A stretch of 64,000 bases of DNA from Candidatus Latescibacterota bacterium (GTDB lineage: Bacteria > Latescibacterota > UBA2968 > UBA8231): the NCBI GenBank assembly GCA_965248355.1, contig OZ252098.1, positions 2,784,001 to 2,848,000 of the forward strand. Reading direction: 5' to 3'. The position numbers and the translations under genes were made by a program. The notes beneath the pieces were generated by a model that did no database searches, had not been told where the DNA came from, and saw nothing but the letters and a program-made list of their open reading frames with translations. Positions 10,723-20,830 of the stretch are shown one piece after another (position 1 is the stretch's first letter; every line of letters starts with the position of its first letter).

Positions 10723-12633
10723 GTGACAAGACTCGCGATGGCCGATAACGACAACATGACTCGGTGGGAGATTCGGGGCCTCATCGCCGCCGCCGCGATG
10801 GGTCTCTTCTACTTGTTGCTCACTTGTTTACAGCCAGTCAGGACTGATGACGTTTTCTGGCATCTGAAATTGGGTGAAATACTGTGGCAGGGGAAGGAAT
10901 TCCCGGGAGAAGACCCCTTCTTGTTCACGAGCCCTGAGGATTCATTTCCCTTTTACCATGAATGGCTTTTCCAGGTGGGCATCCACCTGGTGCATTCCCA
11001 ATGGGGCATGGGTGGTGTGAGAGTATTGACCGCCCTTCTGGCTCTTGCAGCCTGTGGGGCGGTCTGGTACTGGGCGCGCGGCATGGATGTGACGGGCCAT
11101 TTTGCCTGGTTGGCTTCGGGCGCCCTGTTGCTCTTTGCATATCAGCGATTGATCCAGTTGCGGCCTCATCTCGTGAGTGTGATTTTCTTCTTTTTCCTGC
11201 TGGGGTACCTGTGGCGGCGGAGAGACCAGCTGAGTTGGGGCGCGCGCCTGGTTTGTGCCGGCACGATGATACTGTGGGCCAATCTCCATTCGGTGGCCTT
11301 GATCATCTTTCCTTTCTGGTTGCTCTTCCTCATCCTCTTGTGGTTTGGCCGTGAGTCGGGCAACGTGGATTTCGCTGGGCATCGGACGGGTTTCGCCCTG
11401 AGCCTTGGGGCTGTCATCGTGAACCCGATGGGATGGAAGCTCTATGTCTTTTACTGGTTGAGCCAGTCCACCGACCCCAGCATCCAGGTCTACGATTATA
11501 CCAAGGTCCTCGATGAGTGGGGCCATTGGAATCCCTTCGGCCTTTCGAACTTTCTGCCCCTGTCTTCGCCGGTCCTTGTGGGTGGGTTCCTCCTGCTGTT
11601 GATCGTCCTTCTCTTGCGCCTGGGACAGGGGACGAGGTTGGCCTGGCGCCAGGGGGCCCATGCCTTGGAGAGGGAACCGCTGATTCTGGCTGGTTGGGGC
11701 CTGGGGGCGGCCGCTTTGATGCTGTTTGCGGTGCGGTTCTTCTGGATGGCGCCTCTCCTTCTGGGGGCCATCGTCTATTTTCCCGGGAAGGGGGAGCGCC
11801 AAGGCGGCCGGTGGCGATATCCATTGGGAGTCGCTCTATGGATCCTGGCGGTTTTCCTCCATTTCCAGCATCCTGGAACCGGGAAGTACCATTATCCCTG
11901 GCACACGGCGAAGCTGCGTTCCCAATACCTGCACCAGGATGTGGACGAGGTGAAGTACCACTGGAAGGCGATTGAATTCCTGAAGGACCTCGGCCTGGAG
12001 GGCCGGGTCTTCAATCCCTACCACTTGGGAGGCGCCTTGAGTTTTGGCCTGCATCCGCAAGTCAGGACCTTCATCGATGGCCGTATGGAACACTACTTGG
12101 ATGAGGTCAATCGCGATCATCACACGATTGAGACGGTAGGTGAGAACTTTGACCAACTCCTGGAAGCGTACGGTGTGGAGCTGTGCTTCGTTCCCATCAG
12201 CCGGTATACCGTGCGCCTTCGCCTGGCTCTTCAGGAGCTCGATTGGGTGCTGGTTTACACGAACTTCCAAACGCAGATCTATTGCCATCCGGACATCTTT
12301 GAGCTTCATCAGGCCAGCATCATGGGACACTACGGCCTGGAGGGCGATGCGGGCCGCCACGAAGCCCGGAAGGATCTGTACGATCGGCTGCTGACTTCTA
12401 CCCTGTCGATTGCCAGCTGGCCCATAGAGGGGGGGAGCACGAGAGACCCGGACTACCTGAAGACGATGGACCTCTTGCTCATGCACTTGTTCATCCCCGA
12501 GGCGCGATACTGGTATCGAGCAGCGTCGCCAAGGCTCAGCGTGTCCGACCCGCGGCTGGAGGATTTCCGGCAGGTATTCGCCCGCCACAACCAGGTTCGC
12601 AAGCAGTTGGGGAAGGAGGAGCCCCGCAGGTAG
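10723..12633 (+). CDS. Polytopic membrane protein, probable GT-C fold glycosyltransferase
   Basis: Acidic DDVFWHLKLG loop after the first TM helix, QLRPH, LWANLHS, many TM helices, C-terminal FIDGR soluble domain. Confidence 0.6.
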   Translation: MTRLAMADNDNMTRWEIRGLIAAAAMGLFYLLLTCLQPVRTDDVFWHLKLGEILWQGKEFPGEDPFLFTSPEDSFPFYHEWLFQVGIHLVHSQWGMGGVRVLTALLALAACGAVWYWARGMDVTGHFAWLASGALLLFAYQRLIQLRPHLVSVIFFFFLLGYLWRRRDQLSWGARLVCAGTMILWANLHSVALIIFPFWLLFLILLWFGRESGNVDFAGHRTGFALSLGAVIVNPMGWKLYVFYWLSQSTDPSIQVYDYTKVLDEWGHWNPFGLSNFLPLSSPVLVGGFLLLLIVLLLRLGQGTRLAWRQGAHALEREPLILAGWGLGAAALMLFAVRFFWMAPLLLGAIVYFPGKGERQGGRWRYPLGVALWILAVFLHFQHPGTGKYHYPWHTAKLRSQYLHQDVDEVKYHWKAIEFLKDLGLEGRVFNPYHLGGALSFGLHPQVRTFIDGRMEHYLDEVNRDHHTIETVGENFDQLLEAYGVELCFVPISRYTVRLRLALQELDWVLVYTNFQTQIYCHPDIFELHQASIMGHYGLEGDAGRHEARKDLYDRLLTSTLSIASWPIEGGSTRDPDYLKTMDLLLMHLFIPEARYWYRAASPRLSVSDPRLEDFRQVFARHNQVRKQLGKEEPRR

Positions 12634-12805
12634 TGGGGATTGCAATGGCATGCTGCTTGAACGACGTCTCGTCTGGGGCGAGCCATCAGCAGATGGCGCC
12701 GCGCATCGGCGGGCGGATTACCTGCGCCCTGGCGAGGGCGCGGTGGGGGTCCGCGGATCGCCGGCTCGACCCCAGCGGGAGCAATTACAAGAGGAGGGGG
12801 CGCAC

Positions 12806-13876
12806 TTGATCAAGAGAGCACTCGGAGTGGCAGCGGCCGTTCTGCTGGGTATCTCACCTGTCCAGGCTCTGGAGCGCAGCGACACGGAGTTCAAGATCTT
12901 CCAGTTCCCCGCCAACATGATTCCCCGCATCGACGGCGAGATCGACGACTGGGCCATGGTGCCCGACAGCTATGCATACGGAATGGACCAGTTGTCGGAT
13001 ACGGTCATGGGGAACTTCACCAACTACGACCGCGAAGACCTGGACGTCACCGTGCGCGTCGGCTGGGTCAAGGGCCTGAACCGACTCTACTTCCTGTACG
13101 AGGCGTACGACGACTACTGGAACATGTACTACAAGTACGGAGACCTGTTCGAGGTCGCCGTCGACGCCGACCGGTCCGGCGGGCCGAACATCGTCAACCC
13201 TCAGATCGACGACCCCTGGGAGAGCCACTTCCTCTTCAAGGGGGTACACGCCCAGAACTACCATATCTTCACACCTGCCGGGGAAGGCCGGGATTGGGTG
13301 TTCGTCTGGGGGTGTCAGCCATGGATCGGCAGGTTGCCGTACGCGAATCACGCCTACTCGTACGATTTCGAGGAAGGGGAGAGCGGCCGCCTGGTGCTGG
13401 AGTTCTGGATCACCCCCTTCGACTATGCTCCATACGACGGCCCGGAGCGGGCGGCCGAGTCGAAGCTGGAGGAGAACGGCCTGATCGCCCTGTCCTGGGC
13501 GATCCTCGATTTCGACGAAGACCACACGAAGTACGAGGGGTTCTGGAACCTGTCGCACGAGACGAGCATGTACAACAACGCCTCGAGCCTGTGCGCATTC
13601 CGGTTGATGCCCCTGGAGCCGAAGTACCTCAAGCCGCTCGAGGCCGAGTACTCCTTTACGGTGGTCGACATGGATCGGCGGATGGTGGCCTTCACGGATC
13701 GATCCCGCGGAGAGATCACATCGTGGTCGTGGGACTTCGGAGATGATACGTCGTCCACCGAGCAGCACCCGATTCACCAGTACGGGGGACCGGGCGAGTT
13801 CGTGGTCATCCTGAACGTCGAGGGGCCGCAGGGAAAGGCCCGGCGCGTCAAAGTGAACCAGGTGATGGTGAAGTGA
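12806..13876 (+). CDS. Secreted CBM9/DOMON-like protein with C-terminal PKD domain
   Basis: GAGGAGG RBS at 12791 then TTG; signal peptide; IDGEIDDW; PKD motif FTDRS...WSWDFGD...HPIHQY. Confidence 0.75.
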   Translation: MIKRALGVAAAVLLGISPVQALERSDTEFKIFQFPANMIPRIDGEIDDWAMVPDSYAYGMDQLSDTVMGNFTNYDREDLDVTVRVGWVKGLNRLYFLYEAYDDYWNMYYKYGDLFEVAVDADRSGGPNIVNPQIDDPWESHFLFKGVHAQNYHIFTPAGEGRDWVFVWGCQPWIGRLPYANHAYSYDFEEGESGRLVLEFWITPFDYAPYDGPERAAESKLEENGLIALSWAILDFDEDHTKYEGFWNLSHETSMYNNASSLCAFRLMPLEPKYLKPLEAEYSFTVVDMDRRMVAFTDRSRGEITSWSWDFGDDTSSTEQHPIHQYGGPGEFVVILNVEGPQGKARRVKVNQVMVK

Positions 13877-13999
13877 GGGGCTCGGCGGAGCGGAACATGG
13901 CCGCAAGACCAGGTCTCGTCCCCGCCAGGGGGCGCGGGCACTGCGCGCAGAGGGGCGGCGCCGCGGGGAGCCGCGAGCGGTTGCGGGCTGCAGAACGTC

Positions 14000-15328
14000 C
14001 TATCCGAGGGTAAAGCTGTACAGGCTGGCGTTGCGGAACAGGAAGCGGATGCGAATCCCTCTGCAGGAGGGCAGCGCGCTGCGCGTTCTCCAACGGACGG
14101 TCTGACGGACACCATCCCCGGTAACCGGGCGGCCATCGGAGAGGTGGTAGCCGGGGACGGGGGCTCCGGACGGGCCGAGGATCTCGGCCCTCAGCTCCCC
14201 CCTGGCGGCATCGGCGTTGACGAACAGGCGCTGACCGTCCGAGGGCATGGGCATGGTCTCCACGATGCCCGGCGTCTCCACGGCATCGAGCGACACCCAG
14301 CCGTCCAGCCGCCAGGCGGCCTGTGCGATGGTGATCTTCTTCAGCGGCAGGCAGCCGCCGTGGGTCGTCGTAATCCCCGTGTAGTAGAGCCGGACTTCGT
14401 CGGCCGATACGATGGGCCCGTTGGCCACTCCGAGGATACAGCCCGCGTCGTAGTCGTGAGGACCGTTGGGTATGACGGGCGCCCGGTCTTCGCACCGGGA
14501 CCACGATCGGCCGTCCCGGCTGTGCACGAGCTGCACGTCGATGGGGCCATCGTCCCGGCTCTGCTCCGGGCCCTTCTCAACAGGTGGGCCGGTGTGCCGG
14601 AAGTGGGTGACGAAGCCCAGCCACACCCCGCGGTACGGGAAAACCGACATGTGGTAGAACTGTGAGAAGCAGCCGCCCTCGGCCTCGGTATGAGCGTCGT
14701 CGGCCTGGTCCGGAGCCATGACGAGGTCGGGCTCGGACCAGCTCTGCATGTCGGGGCTGGACGAGAGATAGACCAGGCGGCGCCTATGGCCTCGGCGGAT
14801 GCCGTACCGCTTGTGGAACGCGAGGTAGTCGCCGGTTGCGGGGTCCCGGGCCAGGCTGCAGGTATCGCCGCCCGCCAGGACCGGGTTCGCGGGGTAGAGC
14901 TGCCAGTTGAAACCGTCAGCGGAATGGGCCGTGCAGTAGCCGCGGCTTTCCGGCGAGCGAGAGACCCCCAGCATCTTGTAGCGGCGTCCGGGATCCGCAT
15001 CCGCCGGATCGTGGATGACGCTGGGGCTGTGGAGGCGGATGGGGAGGGCGTTGTTCCCGCCGAGCTCCGGGCGGCGCCAGGCCACACCGTCCTTCGATTC
15101 GGCGTAGAGGATCCGGTCCGCCCCGCGCATGTACCACATCCGGAGGGTGTCACCCTCTTCGGCGGGCAGGACCGTGCCGTAGATGTAGACGCGCTCGTCG
15201 TCGGACGGGGTCTGCCAGGACTCCAGGCCCGAGATGACGGGCCGAGGCAGCTTGCGGCAAGGATGGGTACGGCGGACGACGCCCTCCTTGCGGGCGATCC
15301 TTTCGTCGTCGACGAAGAGGTGGGTCAC
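14000..15328 (-). CDS. Beta-propeller glycoside hydrolase-like protein (GH32/43/130 clan-like)
   Basis: GTG start overlapping the upstream stop; LFVDD, YAESKDGVAW, RLDGWVSL, LYSF; no signal peptide. Confidence 0.7.
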   Translation of the reverse strand: MTHLFVDDERIARKEGVVRRTHPCRKLPRPVISGLESWQTPSDDERVYIYGTVLPAEEGDTLRMWYMRGADRILYAESKDGVAWRRPELGGNNALPIRLHSPSVIHDPADADPGRRYKMLGVSRSPESRGYCTAHSADGFNWQLYPANPVLAGGDTCSLARDPATGDYLAFHKRYGIRRGHRRRLVYLSSSPDMQSWSEPDLVMAPDQADDAHTEAEGGCFSQFYHMSVFPYRGVWLGFVTHFRHTGPPVEKGPEQSRDDGPIDVQLVHSRDGRSWSRCEDRAPVIPNGPHDYDAGCILGVANGPIVSADEVRLYYTGITTTHGGCLPLKKITIAQAAWRLDGWVSLDAVETPGIVETMPMPSDGQRLFVNADAARGELRAEILGPSGAPVPGYHLSDGRPVTGDGVRQTVRWRTRSALPSCRGIRIRFLFRNASLYSFTLG

Positions 15329-18300
15329 TTCGCCGGCCGAACCACCAGCGCGCTGATCCCCCACTCGTTCTCGCCGCCCGCGCTCTCGAGCTTGAGTTCC
15401 AGGTGACCGTCGGGCTCGATGCGCACGGGCCAGGTCCGCACGACCGGCTTGTCGTACGAGCCGCCGTCGAAGTCGGTGAGGACGCGCCGGCCTTGCAGCG
15501 TCACGCCCATCCTCACCGGGCCCTCGCGAGTGCCGGCGCCGCGGACGGCGAAGGTCAGCTCGGCTTCGTAGTCGCCCACGGGGAGGTCGGCACGGAAGGT
15601 ACCTGCCGGAGACTTGCTGCGGATGCAGGTGTGAAGGCGGGCGTCCCGCAGGCTCCCGATCTCGTCCGGCGGCAGCGGCACGGCGGTCGGGCCCGGCTCG
15701 AGCCAGCCATAGGCGATCTCCGGGCGCGCCTCCGGCGTCCGCTGCTGTGAAGGGAATACGCGCATCTGACTCAGGCGCCAGGCCCTTCCGCTCAGCCGCC
15801 TGGGATGCCACCAGTTGCCGACGGTGCGGTCGGCGGCCAGCGTGAGATCCAGCTTGCCGCCCGTCACGGTCACGGGGAAGCGGATGCGCTCGGGCCGGCT
15901 GGTGACGCCGGGGATCGCGCCGCTGCTGGCGACGTAGCCGCGAGCGACCATGCGTCCGTTGGCCCGGACGTTGGCCGGCCCACTCCAGCCGACGCCGGCC
16001 AGCTCCAGCTCCACCTCGTAGCGGCCATCGTCCAGCGCCGTCCGCAACGTCGCCGCGCCGTCGGAGACGACTCCGCCGCTCTCCGCAAGCTCGCCCGTGA
16101 CGTTCAGCCAGCCGGAAGCCGACCCTTCCCGCCAGGGGTTCTTCGAGGCGCCCGCCCCGGCGAAGGACAGGTCGAGCACCGGCTCTTCGGCAGCCGCGCC
16201 GGCGACCTCGGCCGTGAGCGCCAGGATCATGAAGCCGATGCCCTCCCCGGCGTCCTCGATGACCAACTCCTCGAGCGGCTTCGCCTCGCACTCGATCGGG
16301 TAGTTGTTCAGGATCGGCGCGCCTCCGTCCCAGCTGCCCTGCACCTTCCAGTTGCGGGCGAATAGTGCGCGCCGGGCGAAACCCCACTGGAAGACGTTCT
16401 CGTAGTCCTCCAGGTTGGTCAGGTCGAGGCGCCGGGTCGTACCGTCGGCGTAGTTGAGGTGGTAGCGCGCGCCGGTCTCCTTCCAGCTGGAGAGGGCCCG
16501 GACCACGTGGCCGAGCACATAGAGCTTGCGGACGGTCCTGCCGATGGGAATGGCGACTCCCTCGCCCTTCCCGACGACCAGCATGGTGCGCCCGTCTGGT
16601 ACCGACGCCGGGTCGGGCAAGGTGAAGGGGACGCTGTTGATCCGCCAGGTCGTGCCGAAGGGCAGGCCGATGAGGTTCGTGCCGTCGTGCTCCGCGGCGC
16701 GCGGGATGGGGGCCCGATAGGGGTAGGCGGTGGCCGTGCGTACGGGCAGGTAGCCGGGCTCGCACTCACCCGCGTTGACGCTGACCTGCCTCTCGCCGAA
16801 GTCGAAGCCGATTTCGCCGGGCCGGAGAGGATGCCGGCGCCAGTCGGCGTATTGGCCGAAGGGATCAGCCAGCGGATCGGAGTTGGCCACGGCGGCGAGG
16901 GAGACGGACTCGTAGTGCGCGTCGGCCGGGGCGGGCGCGTCGGGCCCGCGCAGGTGGTACTGCCCCATGCCCCGCCGGTCGAGGGCGAAGTCGACCAGCT
17001 CCATGCGGCGCTCGTCCAGGCCCGCGTCTGCCAGCGCGGCCATCACGTAGGGATAGTACCGGTAGGTGTAGATCAACGCCCGCACGTCATCCATGGGTGA
17101 AGCCTTCATCAGGTCGGAAAGCTCTTCGAAGGAGAGGCGGCTGAGGTCGTTTGGGATCTCGTTCTGCCGGAAGAACGCCGCCTGCCCCGCGCGCCCGTAC
17201 GGGTCGCCGACGACCAGGAGCCGCCGCAGCCAGTCCAGCACCTCCTGGTCGCCGGCAGCCAGGTAGGCCTTCGCCAGGAGCGAGCGGCCGTAGCGATTGC
17301 CCGGGTTGACCTCGATCATCCGTCGCGCCGCCGTGGTGAGATGGTCGAGCCACCGGGAGTCGCCGGTGGCCCGGTACAGGAAGTCCACGCCCACCTCGAC
17401 GCCATTGGTGCGGAAGTGCGGGTCGTCGATGGCGCCGTGCAGACCCATGGCGAGTCCGTAGACGTCGTCCCGCATCTCGGGGCGCTCGATGTAGCGCATG
17501 TACCTGTCGTCGCCGGTAGCCTCCCAGGCCAGGACGAGACAGGGCAGGCGCGTCTCCCACTCGGCGCCGCCGCCCACCATGTACCAGTCGGCGTACTTGA
17601 CCAGCATCTCCTTCGCCCACAGGCTGCCCGTGAGGTAGTACAGCTCACCCGCTTCGACCGCGGCGGTGCCATAGCCCGTGTACGACGAGCCCCAATGCTG
17701 CTGGTCGTGCCGCCGGCCGCCGCCGATGTGGGTCGGGTCCTCGGCGCCGTGAATCGTGTCCACGTCCATGACGTGCTGCACCATCCGCTCCCAGTACTGG
17801 TAGACCCGGTCGTCGGCCGAGCGCAGGAAGAAGAGCATGAAGTCGTGGGCCACGTTACAGTCGTTGTTGAACCAGCCATCGTAACCCCGCGCGACCCAGC
17901 TCGTCCGGGGCACTTCGGCGACCTGGTTGTGGGGGGCCCCCTCGTACGTGTGGAAGAAGGTATCGCCCCAGTCGACGAGGCCGTCCCAGTGGAACGTCCG
18001 CGGCAGGCGGAGGGCCCACTCGATTCCCAGGCGGATCATCGCCTCCGTCTGCGGGAAGCGTTCGGTGTCCACCGGGTGGAAGCGGTTCCAGACATCGCTC
18101 GAGGCGTAGTGCCCGGGGGTGCAGAAAGCACGCAAGGGCTCGTCCGCGCGCCGGGACAATGCAAACGCCGCTGCGTCGGCCGGCCTGGTGGCGCTGAAGT
18201 CGATCAGCAGTTGATGGGTCTTCCCGAAACCGCGGCCGGCGGGCCCGTACTCGCCGGTGTCGTAGTGGTCCTCCACCCGTTGTCCCTGGTAGCGGCGGCG

Positions 18301-19512
18301 CAGGTCCAGGACCTTCCCGCCGCGCTCGGGCCACAGGAAGTACCGCAAGGCGCGTTGGCCCGGCTCGACCCGGATCTCCTTGGGGTGCAGCCGCGGGAAG
18401 TCGCGCAAGGCGATGGTCGTCGTCGCCCCGCCGCCTTCGAGGCGGACCCAGCCGGCGGCCTCCACGCCTTCCTCCAGCACCTGGTCGCCGCCGTCAGCGC
18501 CTTTGCCAACCACCTGGTAGCGCACCCGCCGGTCGACGCTCAGCGGCACCAGGTGGTAGAACCGGTCCGGCATCACCTCGACCAGCGCCGTCTCGGCGAG
18601 GGCCGCGTCCGGCGCCGCGGTCTCGCCTTCCCCGAGTCCGAAGGTCGCCCTCAGCGGCTCGTCGCCGGCGAACCGCAGTCCGAGTGACAGCGATCTGAGA
18701 AACGCCTCTTCCACGTCGGCGTCGAAGGCGAAGAAGTGCTCTATGCCGATGGTCGTGGAGCCCGCCCACGCCGTGTACCGCGTCCAGAACGGACCGAGGC
18801 TCCCGCCCGCGGCGTCGCGGTACTCGCCCCGAACCAGCACCACGGCGCGAAGGGGGTTGGCGAACTCGACCCGCGCCTCGGTGACAACGGCGTCGTACCG
18901 CTGGCGGGGCCCGCCCGCCGCGTCGAGGAGCCAGTTCTCCTCCTGCGGAGGGCCGGGCGCCGTGGTCTCTACCTCGAGACGGCTGTCCCCTTCGCCGGGG
19001 ATCACAACCGCCTCTGCCGGTGAGAACGCGCCGTCACCATTGCCGTCGAGCCACACACCGTCCAGGAAGGTGTAGCGCTGGCGGCTCACCCGGAACCGGA
19101 GCGGCCCGGTGGTGACGTCCATGAACCGCTCGTCCTCGCTGACGGAGACCTGCGGCCCGGTGATCTTCGCCGTCGCCGGTGCCCCACATTCCAGCGTGAA
19201 GCGGGCCGTCTGGCGGGCGGCGACGGCGGCGCGGAAGTCGAGCAACAGCCACTTCACGGACTCGTCCGGCCAGCGCGCCAGGACGGTGCCGGCGAAGGGC
19301 ACTTCATGGCCGTCCGCGTCCAGCAGGCGGCTCTGCGACTCGTCGGTCAGCGTGCCCCTGCCCAAGGGCACGCCCGAGGTGACGACCTCATCGCGGTCGG
19401 CGCCGGCCAGCTCGGGCACGCGAAGCGAAACGGGGGTGTCAGCCGCCGACACGCCGCACAACAGAGACCAGGCGATCAGCGCCAGGAAGACCTGGCATGG
19501 GACATTCGACAT
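15325..19512 (-). CDS. Large secreted protein, PcRGLX/YetA-like (exo-rhamnogalacturonan lyase-like) with C-terminal beta-sandwich modules
   Basis: Signal peptide; VTSGVPLGRG...VLARWPDESVKWLLLDF; HVMDVDTIH...GRRH...HW. Confidence 0.6.
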   Translation of the reverse strand: MSNVPCQVFLALIAWSLLCGVSAADTPVSLRVPELAGADRDEVVTSGVPLGRGTLTDESQSRLLDADGHEVPFAGTVLARWPDESVKWLLLDFRAAVAARQTARFTLECGAPATAKITGPQVSVSEDERFMDVTTGPLRFRVSRQRYTFLDGVWLDGNGDGAFSPAEAVVIPGEGDSRLEVETTAPGPPQEENWLLDAAGGPRQRYDAVVTEARVEFANPLRAVVLVRGEYRDAAGGSLGPFWTRYTAWAGSTTIGIEHFFAFDADVEEAFLRSLSLGLRFAGDEPLRATFGLGEGETAAPDAALAETALVEVMPDRFYHLVPLSVDRRVRYQVVGKGADGGDQVLEEGVEAAGWVRLEGGGATTTIALRDFPRLHPKEIRVEPGQRALRYFLWPERGGKVLDLRRRYQGQRVEDHYDTGEYGPAGRGFGKTHQLLIDFSATRPADAAAFALSRRADEPLRAFCTPGHYASSDVWNRFHPVDTERFPQTEAMIRLGIEWALRLPRTFHWDGLVDWGDTFFHTYEGAPHNQVAEVPRTSWVARGYDGWFNNDCNVAHDFMLFFLRSADDRVYQYWERMVQHVMDVDTIHGAEDPTHIGGGRRHDQQHWGSSYTGYGTAAVEAGELYYLTGSLWAKEMLVKYADWYMVGGGAEWETRLPCLVLAWEATGDDRYMRYIERPEMRDDVYGLAMGLHGAIDDPHFRTNGVEVGVDFLYRATGDSRWLDHLTTAARRMIEVNPGNRYGRSLLAKAYLAAGDQEVLDWLRRLLVVGDPYGRAGQAAFFRQNEIPNDLSRLSFEELSDLMKASPMDDVRALIYTYRYYPYVMAALADAGLDERRMELVDFALDRRGMGQYHLRGPDAPAPADAHYESVSLAAVANSDPLADPFGQYADWRRHPLRPGEIGFDFGERQVSVNAGECEPGYLPVRTATAYPYRAPIPRAAEHDGTNLIGLPFGTTWRINSVPFTLPDPASVPDGRTMLVVGKGEGVAIPIGRTVRKLYVLGHVVRALSSWKETGARYHLNYADGTTRRLDLTNLEDYENVFQWGFARRALFARNWKVQGSWDGGAPILNNYPIECEAKPLEELVIEDAGEGIGFMILALTAEVAGAAAEEPVLDLSFAGAGASKNPWREGSASGWLNVTGELAESGGVVSDGAATLRTALDDGRYEVELELAGVGWSGPANVRANGRMVARGYVASSGAIPGVTSRPERIRFPVTVTGGKLDLTLAADRTVGNWWHPRRLSGRAWRLSQMRVFPSQQRTPEARPEIAYGWLEPGPTAVPLPPDEIGSLRDARLHTCIRSKSPAGTFRADLPVGDYEAELTFAVRGAGTREGPVRMGVTLQGRRVLTDFDGGSYDKPVVRTWPVRIEPDGHLELKLESAGGENEWGISALVVRPAK

Positions 19513-19515
19513 CCG

Positions 19516-20634
19516 TCAGAATGACGCGCCCGCGCTCTCGGCCGACAGGTCGATCTCGGCGACGAAGATGTCGGCAGGCCCGGACTTGAAGTGCGCCAGC
19601 TCGTAGCCGGGCGGGGGCGCTTCCCGCCGGAGAGTGCCCCACCGCTCGATGTGGGGAAGGTGCCTCTTCTCTCCCTCGATGGCGCCGCTCAGATAGGCGT
19701 GCTGCGAGTAGTAGCTGATGATCAGTCGGTCGAGCTCGAGCGAGAGGAGACCCGGATAGGCCGCGTCGCCGTCACTCGGGAGGGCGAAGACCGGGGTCAC
19801 CCCATTTCGATCAAGCAGGAAGATCCCCGTGTTGCCCGGGGGGGAGTGCTGCGGGATCCACGGCGCGGTGGGGTCGCGGCGCCCGGCCACGTACACCTTC
19901 CCCCCGGACTCGCACAGCGCCGGACAGTGGATCAGCGTCTCGAGGTCCAGACAGGACCACTCCTTGTACGGGGGGCTGGAAGTGTAGAGGAGGGAATGCT
20001 GGTGGGGCTCCCGCCTCGTCCGGGAGACGCACCACAGCTCCCCGTCGGGCCGGAAGATGACGTCCGCTTCGTTGAAGCGCGGCGTCGTGCGGTGGTCCAG
20101 CTCGCGGGCTTCCCGCAGTTCCTGGGGGCTTGCACCCTCAGGGTCGAGGGGAATCCTGGAGACGAAGGTCCAGTTGCGGCCGTCCTGGCTGGAGAGGAGC
20201 TCGCCCCCCTTCTCGGCGCAGTAGAAGACCCCTTCGTGCAACCGCACGCGCCACAGCCAGTAGTTCCTGTCGTATGCTCTCGTCGGCGCCGACCACCTGT
20301 AGCCGTCGTCCGAGACGAAGACGTATGGGTCGGCCACCTGCCGCTTTTTTCCGGCGACAGGTTCATACCTGCTGTCGGCGCAGAACACGAAGAGCTCATC
20401 GTCGGTGGCTGCCAGCTTCACGTCCCTGGCGTCGTTCGGTGTCCTCAGAACGGCGACCTCGTCCCAGCGCCGCAGGTCCGCCGATCGCAGCAGGACGATG
20501 ACGCCGTCCGGCGCCACGTGGGCCGAAGTTCGATCGTGGACCAGCCAGAACGTGTCCCTCCAGAAGCAGAGGTCGGAACACATGTTGTGCCAGCCGTCCC
20601 GGACGACGGTGCGGTGAGACAGAACCTGAGCCAT
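19516..20634 (-). CDS. Sialidase-like (Asp-box/BNR) beta-propeller protein
   Basis: Asp-box-like SADLRRW, SDDGYRW, SQDGRNW; GDAAYPG...ISYYS. Confidence 0.65.
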   Translation of the reverse strand: MAQVLSHRTVVRDGWHNMCSDLCFWRDTFWLVHDRTSAHVAPDGVIVLLRSADLRRWDEVAVLRTPNDARDVKLAATDDELFVFCADSRYEPVAGKKRQVADPYVFVSDDGYRWSAPTRAYDRNYWLWRVRLHEGVFYCAEKGGELLSSQDGRNWTFVSRIPLDPEGASPQELREARELDHRTTPRFNEADVIFRPDGELWCVSRTRREPHQHSLLYTSSPPYKEWSCLDLETLIHCPALCESGGKVYVAGRRDPTAPWIPQHSPPGNTGIFLLDRNGVTPVFALPSDGDAAYPGLLSLELDRLIISYYSQHAYLSGAIEGEKRHLPHIERWGTLRREAPPPGYELAHFKSGPADIFVAEIDLSAESAGASF

Positions 20635-20758
20635 GAGATCAAACCCTCTTTCTGCGACAGGTTACGATCATCCTGAGATTGATACTCGAGGCGGCGGCTG
20701 GCGGTCGGCGGCGATGATCCCGGGAGGAGCGCGTGGTCCCGGTGCTCGTGTGAGGACG

Positions 20759-20795
20759 AAAAAAGGGGGGCGAGAATCGGATGATCTCGCCCCCC
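20759..20795 (-). terminator. Rho-independent terminator of 20831..21739
   Basis: GGGGGGCGAGA/TCTCGCCCCCC 11-bp stem followed by a T6 run on the minus strand. Confidence 0.8.
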
Positions 20796-20830
20796 AGGGT
20801 ATCAGCCGTCTCTACGGCAGCGCTGTCACT

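Noticed and set aside
14000..16765. 921-aa ORF as a single protein
   Set aside because: Only 14000..15328 is protein-like; the rest overlaps the 1395-aa gene in another frame
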